From Methanobacteriota archaeon (GTDB lineage Archaea; Halobacteriota; Bog-38; Methanoflorentales; Methanoflorentaceae), in contig CAVRAO010000002.1 of the NCBI GenBank assembly GCA_963719035.1, positions 384,001-448,000 on the forward strand: 64,000 nt of DNA. The letters run 5' to 3'. This document shows, piece by piece, positions 24,447-35,748 of the stretch. The notes under the pieces are model-generated. The model searched no databases, was not told where the DNA came from, and saw only the letters and a program-made list of their open reading frames with translations. The stretch's first letter is position 1. Each line of letters begins with the position of its first letter. Both the position numbers and the translations under genes were made by a program.

Positions 24447-25475
24447 TCACATTAGCCAATATCTTGAATGAATTTTGGCCGCCGTCTCGACCCGATCAAG
24501 AACGTCCCTTGATGTACCCCCATCAACTTCGTCTTCATTGATATCGGTGGGAAAATTGAACAATGAACCGCATATCGCGAGCACTGAATCTGCAAGCGCC
24601 TGAAGATCGTAACCACCTTCTAAACAGGCGATAACCCGTCCTCGTGGAGTCACTGATTTTACCCGCTCGGTCAATCCTATGAATCCGTCACAGGTGACAA
24701 GCATACCGCCGAGTGGATCCTTGTAGTGTATGTCCTGCCCGGCTGATATAAACGTAAGTTCAGGCCTGAACTGTCTTATTGCTGGAACCAAAAGCTGATC
24801 ATACGCATAGAAGAAGCCGTCATCGTTGACACCTGGAGGCAGCGGTAAATTAACGGTGAAGCCCTCTCCTTCTCCTGACCCAACCTCGTGAAAATCGCCC
24901 GTTCCAGGATAAAAGTGCTGTCGATGCGTTGAAACGTAAAGAACGCGGCGATCATCATAAAAGGATGCTTGCGTGCCATTGCCGTGATGTACGTCCCAGT
25001 CGACTATCAGCACCCGTTTAATGTTATAACGAGAGAGGGCGTACTTTGCAGCGCAAGCAACATTGTTAAAGATGCAAAAACCCATAGCGGTATCGCGAAC
25101 TGCGTGATGACCAGGCGGCCTGACAAGCGCAAATGCGTTGTTCGTGTCTGCCATAACGGCATCGACTGCACTGATAACACCGCCTACTGCTAGCAGCGCG
25201 ACTTCATAACTTTTCGATGAGCAGTAAGTATCCAAATCGAGCCAGCCCCCACCGGCTTCTGCAAGCCGCCTGACGCCTTCTACGTATTTAGCATCGTGGT
25301 TAGCCCAAACGTTTTCAACAGCGGCTTTAATCGGTTTGACTATTCCAATACTTCGCGCGTATTCATCGCCGTGTATACGTTCCATGATCGCGTCTAATCT
25401 TCTTCTGGATTCGATATGGCTGCCCGTGTCGTGCTCATTATACAAAGAATCGTAGACGATTGCACCTGCTGTCAC
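24447..25475 (-). CDS. Histone deacetylase family protein
   Basis: RPPGHHA, GFCIFNN, DWDVHHGNGT, YPGTG, LEGGY; probable GTG start 25475. Confidence 0.93.
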   Translation of the reverse strand: MTAGAIVYDSLYNEHDTGSHIESRRRLDAIMERIHGDEYARSIGIVKPIKAAVENVWANHDAKYVEGVRRLAEAGGGWLDLDTYCSSKSYEVALLAVGGVISAVDAVMADTNNAFALVRPPGHHAVRDTAMGFCIFNNVACAAKYALSRYNIKRVLIVDWDVHHGNGTQASFYDDRRVLYVSTHRQHFYPGTGDFHEVGSGEGEGFTVNLPLPPGVNDDGFFYAYDQLLVPAIRQFRPELTFISAGQDIHYKDPLGGMLVTCDGFIGLTERVKSVTPRGRVIACLEGGYDLQALADSVLAICGSLFNFPTDINEDEVDGGTSRDVLDRVETAAKIHSRYWLM

Positions 25476-25598
25476 AAATGTAAAAAGACTACTGTAGGTT
25501 ATTAACGTTCGCTTATTCACGGCCTAAGACGCAGACTGAACGTTCAATTCAACCGAGTTAGGTTAATTTACCTGTAAACCGTTTTAACGAATAGAAAA

Positions 25599-26387
25599 AT
25601 GAGTTCTCTTAAAGTCGAAGACTACATGACGCGAGACGTAATAACCGTTACAGCAACGGATACAGTAAAAGACGTTATAACTCTCATAAAAAGTACGAAG
25701 CACGATGGGTTTCCTGTAGTCAAAGACAAAAAGATAATAGGGTACGTTTCTTCGCTCGACATCTTGCTGTGTGACCCCTCGATCAAAGTCGCTGAGATTA
25801 TGTCTGTAAATTTGGTTGTTGCTCGTAGTGACATGGATTTGTTTGACGCCGCACGCGTGCTTTGGAGATCGGACAACAAGAAACTGCCCGTGATTGATGA
25901 TGATGGCAACGTCATCGGCATTATTTCAAACACAGATGTAATGCGATCACAGATTGAGCGCGCGACGCCAGACAAAGTATGGAAGCTCATGCGAACGCTA
26001 AGAACGATCCATAAAGTCCAATTGGAAGAGCACCTTGGCCAAGTGAAGATACAGGATTTGGTTCCGACGCAGTCGAAGATATTCGCAGATGAACTCCAAG
26101 GAAGGAAATACGAGCTTGAAAAAGGCCTTGCGGAACCTTTGATAGTAATAAAAAAGCGTGACAAGACCTTGTTGGTAGATGGCCATCATAGAGCGGTAGC
26201 AGCTCGAAGTCTTAACCTTAAAGAGGTCGACGCTTACATTATTACAATGGACAGAGACGTGCCTTTGGGCATGGAGCGGACAGCTGACAACGTCGGCCTC
26301 AGATCATTGACTGACATTCGAATACTTGAAAGCAGTACTCACCCACTCATTGAAATAACGCGAAGAAGCGGTTCTCGAAATGTATGA
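25599..26387 (+). CDS. CBS-pair plus ParB/sulfiredoxin domain protein
   Basis: Two CBS repeats (HDGFPVV, KLPVID), then PTQ..LVDGHHRAVA. Confidence 0.9.
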   Translation: MSSLKVEDYMTRDVITVTATDTVKDVITLIKSTKHDGFPVVKDKKIIGYVSSLDILLCDPSIKVAEIMSVNLVVARSDMDLFDAARVLWRSDNKKLPVIDDDGNVIGIISNTDVMRSQIERATPDKVWKLMRTLRTIHKVQLEEHLGQVKIQDLVPTQSKIFADELQGRKYELEKGLAEPLIVIKKRDKTLLVDGHHRAVAARSLNLKEVDAYIITMDRDVPLGMERTADNVGLRSLTDIRILESSTHPLIEITRRSGSRNV

Positions 26388-26398
26388 TCGACAAAACG

Positions 26399-27271
26399 TT
26401 AAAGAGCCGAAATTTCACGCAGCACGTCGCTTTGCGTAATTATTCCTTTCGGTGAACCGTTGGCGGTCACTATTAGGCGACCAACGCTATATTCGGCAAA
26501 TAAACGCATAGCCTCGTAAACAGGTCTATCTTCTTCCACTGTGAATACGTCATGGCTCATAATATCGCCGGCTGAACCGAAGTTTGCAGTTGCGACGGCC
26601 TTTCCTATATCCTGGAGCGTGACCACACCGACTAGTTTTTCACCCCGCTTAACGGGTGCTCCGTGAATATTATTATTAGTTAGGATCTTGGCGACTTGTT
26701 GAAGAGGCGTATTAACATCGATTGTGACTAAAGAGGTCGAGGCATACTCACTTATCGGTGCTTTTGGAGGGGATACCATCTCAGAGACCAAGATGATGAC
26801 CGTATTTTCTGCGTCATTTCTGCCGCAAACAGTGCCTTTTATAGTTAGCCTATTCACAGGCGTCGGTCCTAGCTTAAGCACATCGCCGTCGTCAAACTCC
26901 CGAACGTTGCCAATAACCCTAATCGCCGCACTGCAGATGTCTGGATGCGCAACCGTTGTAAAATCGATTTCTTCAATCAACACATCACTCATCTCAGCGC
27001 CGTTTTTAACTAGAACGACGTGTGCCTCCTCAGCCATCGTGTCCAACTGCAGTTCCCGGTAGGCCGCAGTAGTTGCCTTATATCCACCTTTAGGCCCAGG
27101 AACCCCTTCCACAAGCTGAAGTGCTTTCAACGACTGCATTTGATTACGTATCGTGCCTGGATTACGGCCAAGGATCTTTGCTATTTCTTCGCCCCTAATT
27201 GAGCGAGAATTTAGTCGATATAAACTTATAAGAGCGCTCAGAATCTCCTTTTGGACGGAAGACAATTCCAT
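26399..27271 (-). CDS. HTH plus CBS domain transcriptional regulator (COG2524-type)
   Basis: RNPGTIRNQMQSLKALQLVEGVPGPKGGY; C-terminal CBS pair. Confidence 0.9.
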   Translation of the reverse strand: MELSSVQKEILSALISLYRLNSRSIRGEEIAKILGRNPGTIRNQMQSLKALQLVEGVPGPKGGYKATTAAYRELQLDTMAEEAHVVLVKNGAEMSDVLIEEIDFTTVAHPDICSAAIRVIGNVREFDDGDVLKLGPTPVNRLTIKGTVCGRNDAENTVIILVSEMVSPPKAPISEYASTSLVTIDVNTPLQQVAKILTNNNIHGAPVKRGEKLVGVVTLQDIGKAVATANFGSAGDIMSHDVFTVEEDRPVYEAMRLFAEYSVGRLIVTANGSPKGIITQSDVLREISAL

Positions 27272-27337
27272 AGTGCAATTAGTATGATTAATTATGAGAT
27301 ATAAGTTTTATTAGCTGAGGGGGTCTAGGAATAAAAA

Positions 27338-28318
27338 ATGTTTAATATTCAGACAGTTCCGACTTCAAAAGAGTTGTTGGACAAAGCATTCAGAAAAAGC
27401 GTCCGAGCAAGAGCAGGAAAAGCGCCAGGGCGAGCAGCAGAAAAAGCAATGATACTGACTGCGTCAAATATCCTCGCTGACAACCTTCGACTTGTTGTTC
27501 GGCGATTTCCAAACCTTGACGAGATCGACCCATTTTACGCAGAGACGATCGACATCGTTATCGGAATTGACAAGCTGAAAATGTCACTTGCTTCTGTCAA
27601 TTGGGCAGCAACAAAAATCCACCAGTTATCACGGGCTGCGATCGCAAGAATACCTCGCGTGCCTGACGCAAAAGCCGTGCGGAAGCAGATGTTTGGGCGA
27701 GCAGCGTCTATCATGAGAGAGATACAGTCAGATCTCGATTTCTTAAATAAAGCTCGAAGAACAATCAACGCATTTCCTGCCTTAGGGGACGAGCCGACTA
27801 TACTTGTCGCTGGATATCCTAATGTAGGAAAATCGAGTTTTGTCGCATTTGTAACCAGCGCCACGCCCGAGATTGCACTCTACCCTTTTACAACGAAGGG
27901 AATTGTAGTGGGGCACATAAAATACCGTGAGAGACGTTATCAAATTGTCGATCTGCCTGGGCTGTTAGATCGTCCACTCTTCAAACGGAACCCGATCGAA
28001 CTCCAGGCAATTTCGGCCCTCAAGCACCTTGGAGACGTCATATTGTTTATTGTAGACCCTTCAGACACGTCTGGCTACATAGTACCAGATCAACTTAGTC
28101 TTTTAAACGAGTTAAGATTACAAGTGGCCCTGCCTATTATCGTTGCAACAAACAAAATAGACCTCAAACCGACAGACTCAGTTGAAGAATCGTTTAAAAT
28201 CTCAACAAAATCCGGTGAAGGGATCGCACAGGTTCTTAAAGCCTTAATTGATCTTGCTAATAGCTCGCACCGCAAGGTCCCCGAAACGTTCGAGCGTAAC
28301 AAAGTCGCTGAGAGCTAG
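27338..28318 (+). CDS. NOG1-family GTP-binding protein
   Basis: GYPNVGKSS, YPFTTK, DLPGLLDRP, NKID. Confidence 0.93.
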   Translation: MFNIQTVPTSKELLDKAFRKSVRARAGKAPGRAAEKAMILTASNILADNLRLVVRRFPNLDEIDPFYAETIDIVIGIDKLKMSLASVNWAATKIHQLSRAAIARIPRVPDAKAVRKQMFGRAASIMREIQSDLDFLNKARRTINAFPALGDEPTILVAGYPNVGKSSFVAFVTSATPEIALYPFTTKGIVVGHIKYRERRYQIVDLPGLLDRPLFKRNPIELQAISALKHLGDVILFIVDPSDTSGYIVPDQLSLLNELRLQVALPIIVATNKIDLKPTDSVEESFKISTKSGEGIAQVLKALIDLANSSHRKVPETFERNKVAES

Positions 28319-29220
28319 AATGGATGGACGCCGGCAACGTAACAAGCGAGCAGAAAGCCACCGATAGCACCTGAATTCAGGAAGGGCAAGCCTGCTTGAG
28401 GTTTTCCTTTAACGACGAACCACATTAGGGCGGCGTAACCTACAATGGTTCCAACTGCAGCGCCAAGAGCGGGTCCATTTATAAACCCGATTGCCGGTGC
28501 AACCAAGAATGAGTTTGCAGATACGACCAAAACAGTTGGAATGACTGCGTCACCAAGTCCCATAAAGAAGGCTTCGCGTTTCTCTAACTTTTCTTCACCA
28601 GTTGCATTCGACGCTTCCTGGGCCCACTTGACGTGAGAGTAACCTCTGTTTCGAGGCAGCACGAACAATACTGGCAACTTTAGATCCACAACGCCCTCAG
28701 CGAGGTTAATCATATGCTTAGTTTGATAAACAGACACGAAGTCATAAACGGCAAGTCCTGTCAGCAACACTAACGTAGGCACAACGGCAAGAGAGATGCC
28801 AAAAATTGCGGCTGCCCCCGCACCGATCAAGATCCCAACTGCGTCTATCACCCACCATTCAGGGTAATAAAACAGAACAAACGCGGTGACTGCAGTTGCG
28901 CCTATCGCTATCATCCCTCCTAGGTCTCCAAGATTGAGCAGGACTGATGAATACACAAAGTAAAGGGTTGAAATGATCACGAGGCCGATAATGAGCTGTA
29001 TTATCCAGCGTCTCCCCCATTTTATGATAATAAGCAAAAGTGCCGTAAAAGCTAAAACAAGGAGAAAGTAGTAAATCGGATTATAAACGGATTCCGGATC
29101 GCTGAACGCTTTCACGTCTGAAGCTTGAAATGGATGGGCTAGTAGAAGCGCGACCAACTGAGTAGCAATGATGAATAGCGCCATCGCAAAAGGCGAAATA
29201 CGCTTTAGAATCTCCCTCAT
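28315..29220 (-). CDS. Presenilin-family intramembrane aspartyl protease (PSH)
   Basis: Multiple TM helices; YD, GLGD and QAGLPFLN motifs. Confidence 0.93.
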   Translation of the reverse strand: MREILKRISPFAMALFIIATQLVALLLAHPFQASDVKAFSDPESVYNPIYYFLLVLAFTALLLIIIKWGRRWIIQLIIGLVIISTLYFVYSSVLLNLGDLGGMIAIGATAVTAFVLFYYPEWWVIDAVGILIGAGAAAIFGISLAVVPTLVLLTGLAVYDFVSVYQTKHMINLAEGVVDLKLPVLFVLPRNRGYSHVKWAQEASNATGEEKLEKREAFFMGLGDAVIPTVLVVSANSFLVAPAIGFINGPALGAAVGTIVGYAALMWFVVKGKPQAGLPFLNSGAIGGFLLACYVAGVHPF

Positions 29221-29525
29221 TTAGATAAACACTCTCCGCCGACAGCTGTAAAATCAACGGCTAAAAGCAGCTAAATACAAGGCCCACTGCTACCTTCGCC
29301 GTATGCGTGCTCCTGGTATATAGAGTTGCGGCCACGTGTGCGTCCTCGAGTATTCTAACGAAACCCTGACAGAAGTATAGCGCCAAAGAGCGGCAAACGC
29401 TAAAATTATGAGCAGATGGTTGACCCGTGCCACGTTGTCTCACTGCCACTTCAGCGTCGTAAGTGCCGCCTTGCATAGATTTAACTGAGCTGCCGACGTA
29501 CCTCAAACTGCATAGTGGTGGTAGA

Positions 29526-30530
29526 ATGGGAGTTCCAATCGGAGATCTGCTTCCGCGGACAAAGATAGAGATAGAACAGATCGATAGTGTCGCCATTGAC
29601 GCTTTCAATGCTATTTATCAGTTCTTGAGCATAATCCGACAAAGGGACGGGACACCGTTAATGGACAACGCTGGGAGAATTACCTCCCATCTTTCTGGAT
29701 TGTTTTATCGAACCGCATATATCATAGAAGCTGGTGTGAAGCCAGTCTATGTTTTTGATGGAGAACCACCAGAATGGAAGAAAGAAACCGTCCTTAAGCG
29801 GAAAGAAACGCGAGAACACGCTACGAGAGAGTGGGCGCAGGCAAAAGCAGAAGGGCAGGCAGACGCTTTTAAATACGCCCAAGCATCAGCTCGACTAGAT
29901 GAGCAGATTCTCGAAAGCTCGAAGATCCTATTACGTCACTTGGGCATTCCTGTAGTCAATGCTGCAAGTGAGGGAGAAGCGCAAGCGGCATACATGACAA
30001 GCAAAGGCGACGTCTCATTTACTGCATCTCAGGATATTGACGCGCTACTTTTTGGAACCCCCCGACTAGTAAGGAACTTAACCTTAACGGGACGACGAAA
30101 ACTCCCTGGCAAAAATGTTTACGTGAGCATTAGTCCCGAACTATTTGAGCTCGACCACATTCTCTCCTCTTTAGAGATAAATCGCGAGCAGCTTATCGAA
30201 ATGAGCATTCTTGTTGGAACGGATTACAACAAAGGGGTAAAAGGTATCGGACCAAAAAAGGCCTTGAGGATGATAAAGAACTTTAACATTGAACGAGCGT
30301 TGGATGATTTAGGAGAGAGCCTTGACTACGCACCTATAAAGCAGTTTTTCCTCGATCCTCACGTCACTCACGAGTATGATCTTGCGTGGGCCCCGGTGAA
30401 CGAAGAAGAGCTTATGAGCTTCTTATGTGACGAGCACGATTTCTCAAGAGAGAGGGTTGAAAATACAGTGCAACGGATAACTAGCGCACGAGATGAAGCA
30501 GCTCAGCAGTCGTTAGCCCAGTGGTTATAA
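29526..30530 (+). CDS. fen: Flap endonuclease 1
   Basis: MGV start, IDAFNAIYQFL, EGEAQAA, GTDYN H3TH, C-terminal PIP box QQSLAQWL. Confidence 0.97.
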   Translation: MGVPIGDLLPRTKIEIEQIDSVAIDAFNAIYQFLSIIRQRDGTPLMDNAGRITSHLSGLFYRTAYIIEAGVKPVYVFDGEPPEWKKETVLKRKETREHATREWAQAKAEGQADAFKYAQASARLDEQILESSKILLRHLGIPVVNAASEGEAQAAYMTSKGDVSFTASQDIDALLFGTPRLVRNLTLTGRRKLPGKNVYVSISPELFELDHILSSLEINREQLIEMSILVGTDYNKGVKGIGPKKALRMIKNFNIERALDDLGESLDYAPIKQFFLDPHVTHEYDLAWAPVNEEELMSFLCDEHDFSRERVENTVQRITSARDEAAQQSLAQWL

Positions 30531-30553
30531 GGCGGTTGTTGAGCCGCAGGGCC

Positions 30554-31207
30554 TCAAGAGGTCGTCTTTTTATCGTAATGCGTATCCGGAAACCCATATT
30601 TTCCTACTAGCAAGACAAAGGCGACGGCACCGTGTGCTTCTTTTTCTATAACGCTATTTTTGCGAACCAAGAAAAGTTCCTGGAGTTCTTTTCCCAAAGG
30701 TAGTACCATCCGACCCCCTGCCTTTAACTGCGCAAGCAATGGAGAAGGAATTTCGGGTGCTGAGCAAGTCACTAGAATCCGGTCGAAAGGAGCGTGTTCC
30801 GGGAGTCCTAACGACCCATCTCCAATAAGGGGCACTACATTTGCGGGCAAGAGTTTACGCGCGTTCTCTGCCAATCCCTCAACCCTTTCGAGAGTGTAGA
30901 TGGTCCCTTCCCTTGCAAGCTCTGCCAGTACGGCCGCGTGATACCCTGAACCTGTACCTATCTCGAGCACGCGAGATTGGGGTTCAACGCGTAAAAGTTC
31001 GCACATTATGGCAACCATATGTGGAGCAGAAATCGTCTGCTCTTTGCCGATTGGCAGTGGCTGGTCTCGATATGCATAATCGCGCAAGCTCTGCGGCACG
31101 AAATCTTCGCGTCTCACCGCGCCCATAGCGCACACTACTCGCTCGCTTATACCTCGATATCTTAGGCCTTTCAGAAGTGATGCCCTTTCGCGCTCTAAAA
31201 GCGTCGT
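30554..31207 (-). CDS. pcm: Protein-L-isoaspartate O-methyltransferase (start uncertain, possibly ACG)
   Basis: QTISAPHMVA, LEIGTGSGY, GDGSLG..APFDRI. Confidence 0.93.
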   Translation of the reverse strand, partial: TTLLERERASLLKGLRYRGISERVVCAMGAVRREDFVPQSLRDYAYRDQPLPIGKEQTISAPHMVAIMCELLRVEPQSRVLEIGTGSGYHAAVLAELAREGTIYTLERVEGLAENARKLLPANVVPLIGDGSLGLPEHAPFDRILVTCSAPEIPSPLLAQLKAGGRMVLPLGKELQELFLVRKNSVIEKEAHGAVAFVLLVGKYGFPDTHYDKKTTS

Positions 31208-31208
31208 G

Positions 31209-31850
31209 CTACCTCCTTTGCGTAGGCTTCTGCCGAGTGAAGGAAACCTGGTTCCGATCGGCACTTCGTCTGGTGATACCTTTTATGTACACTCTCGCGA
31301 TGTCTTTTGCACTGGCAGACTGCCCAACGCGATCAAAAACGGGCCCATGCTTGATCTTAATGCGAGCTACTTCTCCAAACTGTTCTTTATCTCCGACGAC
31401 GAATCTCTTCTCGCCATCAAACGCAACTTTGTGTGATTTCGTAGTCTTGCCCGAGTGAACGGCTATCTTAACGACTACCTTATCGATTTTCTGAGCCCAA
31501 AGGACTCGAATTGACGCAGCTTCTGCCTCCTCTGTTCGGACTCCGTCGTTAAGTTCGATAGCAATTATTCGTACAGCGTCAATCGACGAGTTCTCAACAA
31601 TGAATTCGTCTCCTATACGAAGCCGTTCGAGAGCTCCCAACTCAAGCCAGCTCAAATGAGATTGATCATAGTCGCTCACGACGACCTTAAGCTTGAGGCT
31701 TGCAACGCGACGAGGGAGATCTACTTGCTGCGTAGTGTGGCACACTGTGCAGCGAATTACGAGCTTCTTTGCCGTGCGCAATACTTCGTGGGGTACCTTT
31801 TTATCTGACGAACACGAAGGACACTCAAAGTCAGCCTCTCTATTCACCAT
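31209..31850 (-). CDS. HVO_0476-family zinc finger protein
   Basis: CPSC..HEVL..CTVC, VVVS, GDEFIV, LWA; conserved position upstream of pcm. Confidence 0.8.
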   Translation of the reverse strand: MVNREADFECPSCSSDKKVPHEVLRTAKKLVIRCTVCHTTQQVDLPRRVASLKLKVVVSDYDQSHLSWLELGALERLRIGDEFIVENSSIDAVRIIAIELNDGVRTEEAEAASIRVLWAQKIDKVVVKIAVHSGKTTKSHKVAFDGEKRFVVGDKEQFGEVARIKIKHGPVFDRVGQSASAKDIARVYIKGITRRSADRNQVSFTRQKPTQRR

Positions 31851-31885
31851 CGGTAGTCACTACTTGCTTACGGATGATAAATTCG

Positions 31886-32305
31886 ATGTTAAGCGATACG
31901 ATACATGCTAAAGGCCATCGTAACATCCTGGCGACACATAAAACGACGCTTCAAATTACCAAAGATGAATCAATCTCAAAAAGGGCAGACTGCGTAGTTG
32001 CGGTTTCGGCTGATAAATCGTTAAGTGAGTTGGTAAGCGATGTTAAAACTGCTTTGAGCTCAAACACAGCGAAAATTCGTTTGACAATTCAGGCAGGACA
32101 CATGAGTGAGGTAATAACGGGTTTCAGCAGTGCCGCTCTCACGTTTTCGGACACCGATGATATGGTAGTAAGAAAGAGCACATTTATCTCGGGACGGACG
32201 TTAATGATAGGCGCAAACAAGGCAGCTCGAGATCTCGATCGTAAATTTGTCGAAAAGTTAAAAACGCCTGAGAATATCACTATTACTATAGAAACCGATT
32301 TTTAG
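31886..32305 (+). CDS. DUF371 domain protein
   Basis: GHRNILATHKTTLQITKD, DCVV, VVRKS..RTL..ANKAARDL. Confidence 0.88.
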   Translation: MLSDTIHAKGHRNILATHKTTLQITKDESISKRADCVVAVSADKSLSELVSDVKTALSSNTAKIRLTIQAGHMSEVITGFSSAALTFSDTDDMVVRKSTFISGRTLMIGANKAARDLDRKFVEKLKTPENITITIETDF

Positions 32306-32448
32306 CGGCACCATTCAAGTCTGCTTTTTCGATTTATTGCGTTTTTATGGATTTTTGCCGATTATCGGCATATAGATAGGTTTAAATAGAAACGTAAAGA
32401 ATTAGACAGTGTTTACTGGTTTTTGTTTGCTTTTGCTGAGGTAGTAAA

Positions 32449-33084
32449 ATGACTAATGTTGATCAATATAAAGGCACGACTACCATTGGTATCGTATGTA
32501 AGGGCGGCGTTGTGCTCGCATCAGAAAGTCGCGTAACCATGGGTAACTTCATATCCAGCAAAGAGGGCAAAAAGATATACCAAATTGATGATCTTGTTGG
32601 GATGACAATAGCTGGCGGTGTAGGCGATGCACAGAGCCTCGTTCGTACCATAACCGTCGAGGCCAAATTATACAAGATGCGACAAGGGAAACCGATGACA
32701 GTCGCGGCAATAGCGACCCTGCTGTCAAACATCCTTAACCAAAACCGATACTATCCGTATTTCGTGCAGCTCATGATAGGCGGCTTTGACAAGAATGCGG
32801 CTTCGCTCTACTCATTGGACGCTGTTGGAGGTCAAATTGAAGAACGCCTTGCTACAGCGCAGGGTTCAGGATCGCCAATGGCTTTTGGCGTCATTGAAGA
32901 CCGATACGCAGAAAAGATCCCCATTGACGATGGCGTCGATCTCGCTATTAGAGCGCTTTCGTCTGCAATGAAGAGAGATTCGGCTTCAGGAAACGATATG
33001 CACGTCATAAAAATTACTGAAAAAGGATATGTCGAAGTTAGCAGTGATGAAATAGACAAAAGAAAAGCCGCTCTCGCAATTTAA
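32449..33084 (+). CDS. psmB: Proteasome subunit beta
   Basis: Propeptide then G|TTTIG, GSGS, RDSASG. Confidence 0.97.
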   Translation: MTNVDQYKGTTTIGIVCKGGVVLASESRVTMGNFISSKEGKKIYQIDDLVGMTIAGGVGDAQSLVRTITVEAKLYKMRQGKPMTVAAIATLLSNILNQNRYYPYFVQLMIGGFDKNAASLYSLDAVGGQIEERLATAQGSGSPMAFGVIEDRYAEKIPIDDGVDLAIRALSSAMKRDSASGNDMHVIKITEKGYVEVSSDEIDKRKAALAI

Positions 33085-33143
33085 GCAACCTTTGCTGCTA
33101 TCTTGATCTTTGTTTTTTTTTATTTTTTTGTGGAAGTCATATA

Positions 33144-35049
33144 ATGCCGGTTGAAGAAGCACTTAATGACTTGAGACAACGAGTCAAAGAGAGGTTGCCC
33201 GCTAACGTCACGATAACGGACCTTGAGTTTGAAGGGCCTGAAGTCGTGATCTATACCGACGATCCGAGGACGTTCGCAGACAATGGTGAGATAGTCAAAA
33301 AACTCGCCCGTGAACTTCGCAAACGAATAGTGGTTAGGCCAGATCCACGCGTTTTGGCAGACCCCGAGACGTCAATAGCGGAAATAAGCGGCATCGTCCC
33401 CGAAGAAGCGGGGATAACAAACCACTATTTTGACCTAGACACCGGTGAAATCGTTATAGAAGCCAAAAAGCCAGGACTTGTAATCGGGCGACACGGTGCC
33501 ACACTCCGGGAGATCACCAAAAGTATAGGGTGGACACCTCGAGTTGTAAGAACGCCGCCGATTGAATCGGTTACGGTAAAGGAGATACGCCAATACTTGC
33601 GTTCTTACAGCGATGAACGCAAAGAGCTTCTCAAAACAATGGGCAAAAAGATTCATCGAGAGGTGACTTCGAAAGACCAGTGGATACGCGTTACCACCCT
33701 CGGTGGATGTCGGGAAGTTGGCAGAACTTCTTTTCTGCTATCGACTCCCGAATCGAAGATAATGATAGATTGCGGCGTTAACGTAGGGTCAGAAGACAGC
33801 GCTACACCCTACCTTTACGCTCCTGAAGTAAGCCCTCTCGATCAAATTGACGCAGTTGTCGTCACGCACGCACACCTCGATCATGCGGGGCTCGTTCCAC
33901 TTCTATTCAAGTACGGGTATGATGGCCCAATATACTGCACGCCACCAACGCGAGACCTGATGTCGCTTCTCCAACTCGATTATATTGACGTTGCTGCTCG
34001 TGAGGGGCGCAAGATCCCGTACGATTCCGCCAAAATAAGAGAGGTCATCAAGCATTCAATCGCGTTGAACTACGGAGGGGTGACCGACATAGCGCCTGAT
34101 GTGCGATTGACATTTCATAACGCGGGACACATCCTAGGATCTTCGATCGCCCACTTCCACGTGGGAGAAGGACTTTACAACGTCGCTTTTACAGGAGACT
34201 TCAAGTACGAACAGAGTAGGCTATTTGACCCTGCAGTCAACAGTTTTCCGCGACTTGAAGCGCTCATAATGGAATCGACGTATGGGGGGCCGCATGACCA
34301 AACCCCCTCAAGACGCGATGCTGAGAACAAACTATACTCCGTCATACGACACACCCTAGCAAAGGGCGGAAAAGTACCTGGTACCAGCGTTCGCAGTGGG
34401 ACGAAGCCAAGAGGTTATGATCGTTCTCGAAGAAGGAATTCGGAGAAACATCATCGACGAGATCCCCGTATACCTCGATGGCATGATATGGGAAGCCACT
34501 GCCATTCACACGACGTATCCTGAGTACCTCAACAACGATTTAAGAAACATGATATTTCACGAGGGCATGAATCCGTTCCTCTCAGATAGCTTCGTCCAAG
34601 TGGAGCAAAACATGCGCGAAGACATTATAAAGGGCGAGCCATGCGTTATTCTTGCCACCTCTGGTATGCTTAACAGCGGCCCTGTAATGGAATATTTGAA
34701 AGCGTTAGGACCACAGGAAGATAACACCCTAGTGTTCGTCGGGTATCAAGCCGAAGGAACGCTCGGTCGGCGTATACAAAAAGGGTGGAAAGAAATACCT
34801 GTTTCAAACAACGGCAAAACGGCCACGATGCAAATAAACATGAACGTCGAGACGGTTGATGGGTTTTCTGGGCACTCGGATCGACAGCAACTGATCGAAT
34901 ACGTTAAGCGACTAAACCCTCGGCCAGAAAAGATTGTCACGAGTCACGGTGAAGAAAACAAGTGTACAGATTTGGCGAGCACGATATATAAGAAATTCAA
35001 AATTGAAACTAGAAGCCCAATGAATCTTGAAACGGTTCGATTTATTTGA
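33144..35049 (+). CDS. fttA: beta-CASP ribonuclease aCPSF1 / termination factor FttA (+1 frameshift near 34377)
   Basis: N-terminal KH domains, HAHLDH, GHILG, ESTYG; removing one C in aaagtacctg restores [16 protein letters not shown]; GFSGHSD. Confidence 0.95.
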
Positions 35050-35061
35050 AGTTAACAAGGT

Positions 35062-35748
35062 TCAAGTGCCGTCGCTCGACGTTTCTTGAAAGCACGTACA
35101 CATATCGGTAAAGGGGCATTTCCAGTGCTGCGGCCGTCGAGCGCTACATATTTCTCTGCCAAATTTAATGAGCGCGGTGTGGGCGAACTTGCGCTTCCCA
35201 CGAGGTATCTCACCTTCTAACGAAGTCTTAACGACCTCATAGCCCCCCTTTTGTGGCGCCAGTCCGAGTCGTCGCGAGACTCTAAACACATGCGTGTCGA
35301 CAGGGACGATGTCAAAATCACGGGCAAAGAGAAGGACCACGTCTGCCGTTTTTGGACCAATCCCCACGACTTCCCGGAGCCGTGCTCGCGCCGATTCGTA
35401 ACTGCCACCGAGAAACGACCACGTGTCGCCCCCATAGTGTTCTACGATTTCAGTGGCCACCGCACTTATGCTTCTAGCTTTAGTCTCGTACAGTCCCGCT
35501 GGTCGTATATCGCGTTCTATATCGTCCACATTTGCCAAATATACTTCTTCAAGTGTTTCGTATTTGACTAACATTTTCCGAAGGACTGGTCCAGAATTCG
35601 CGTTAGAAGTGTTCTGGGATAAGATCGTGTGCACGATGAGCCAAAACGGTTCGTTTCGTTCCCGCCAAAAGTCGTCGTCAAATCTCACGTGGCCGAAGAG
35701 CGACTCGAGTCGCTGAACGACAAGCTCTCCTTTCCCCGCATTCGTCAT
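35062..35748 (-). CDS. nth: Endonuclease III (HhH-GPD)
   Basis: ILSQNT, GIGPKTAD, PVDTHVFR, C-terminal Fe-S motif variant. Confidence 0.9.
   Translation of the reverse strand: MTNAGKGELVVQRLESLFGHVRFDDDFWRERNEPFWLIVHTILSQNTSNANSGPVLRKMLVKYETLEEVYLANVDDIERDIRPAGLYETKARSISAVATEIVEHYGGDTWSFLGGSYESARARLREVVGIGPKTADVVLLFARDFDIVPVDTHVFRVSRRLGLAPQKGGYEVVKTSLEGEIPRGKRKFAHTALIKFGREICSARRPQHWKCPFTDMCTCFQETSSDGT

Noticed and set aside
29221-29525. Structured ncRNA or the 115-aa ORF between presenilin and fen
   Set aside because: No SRP, RNase P or sRNA box motifs recognised; the ORF is antisense to fen; the region is explained as a divergent promoter.
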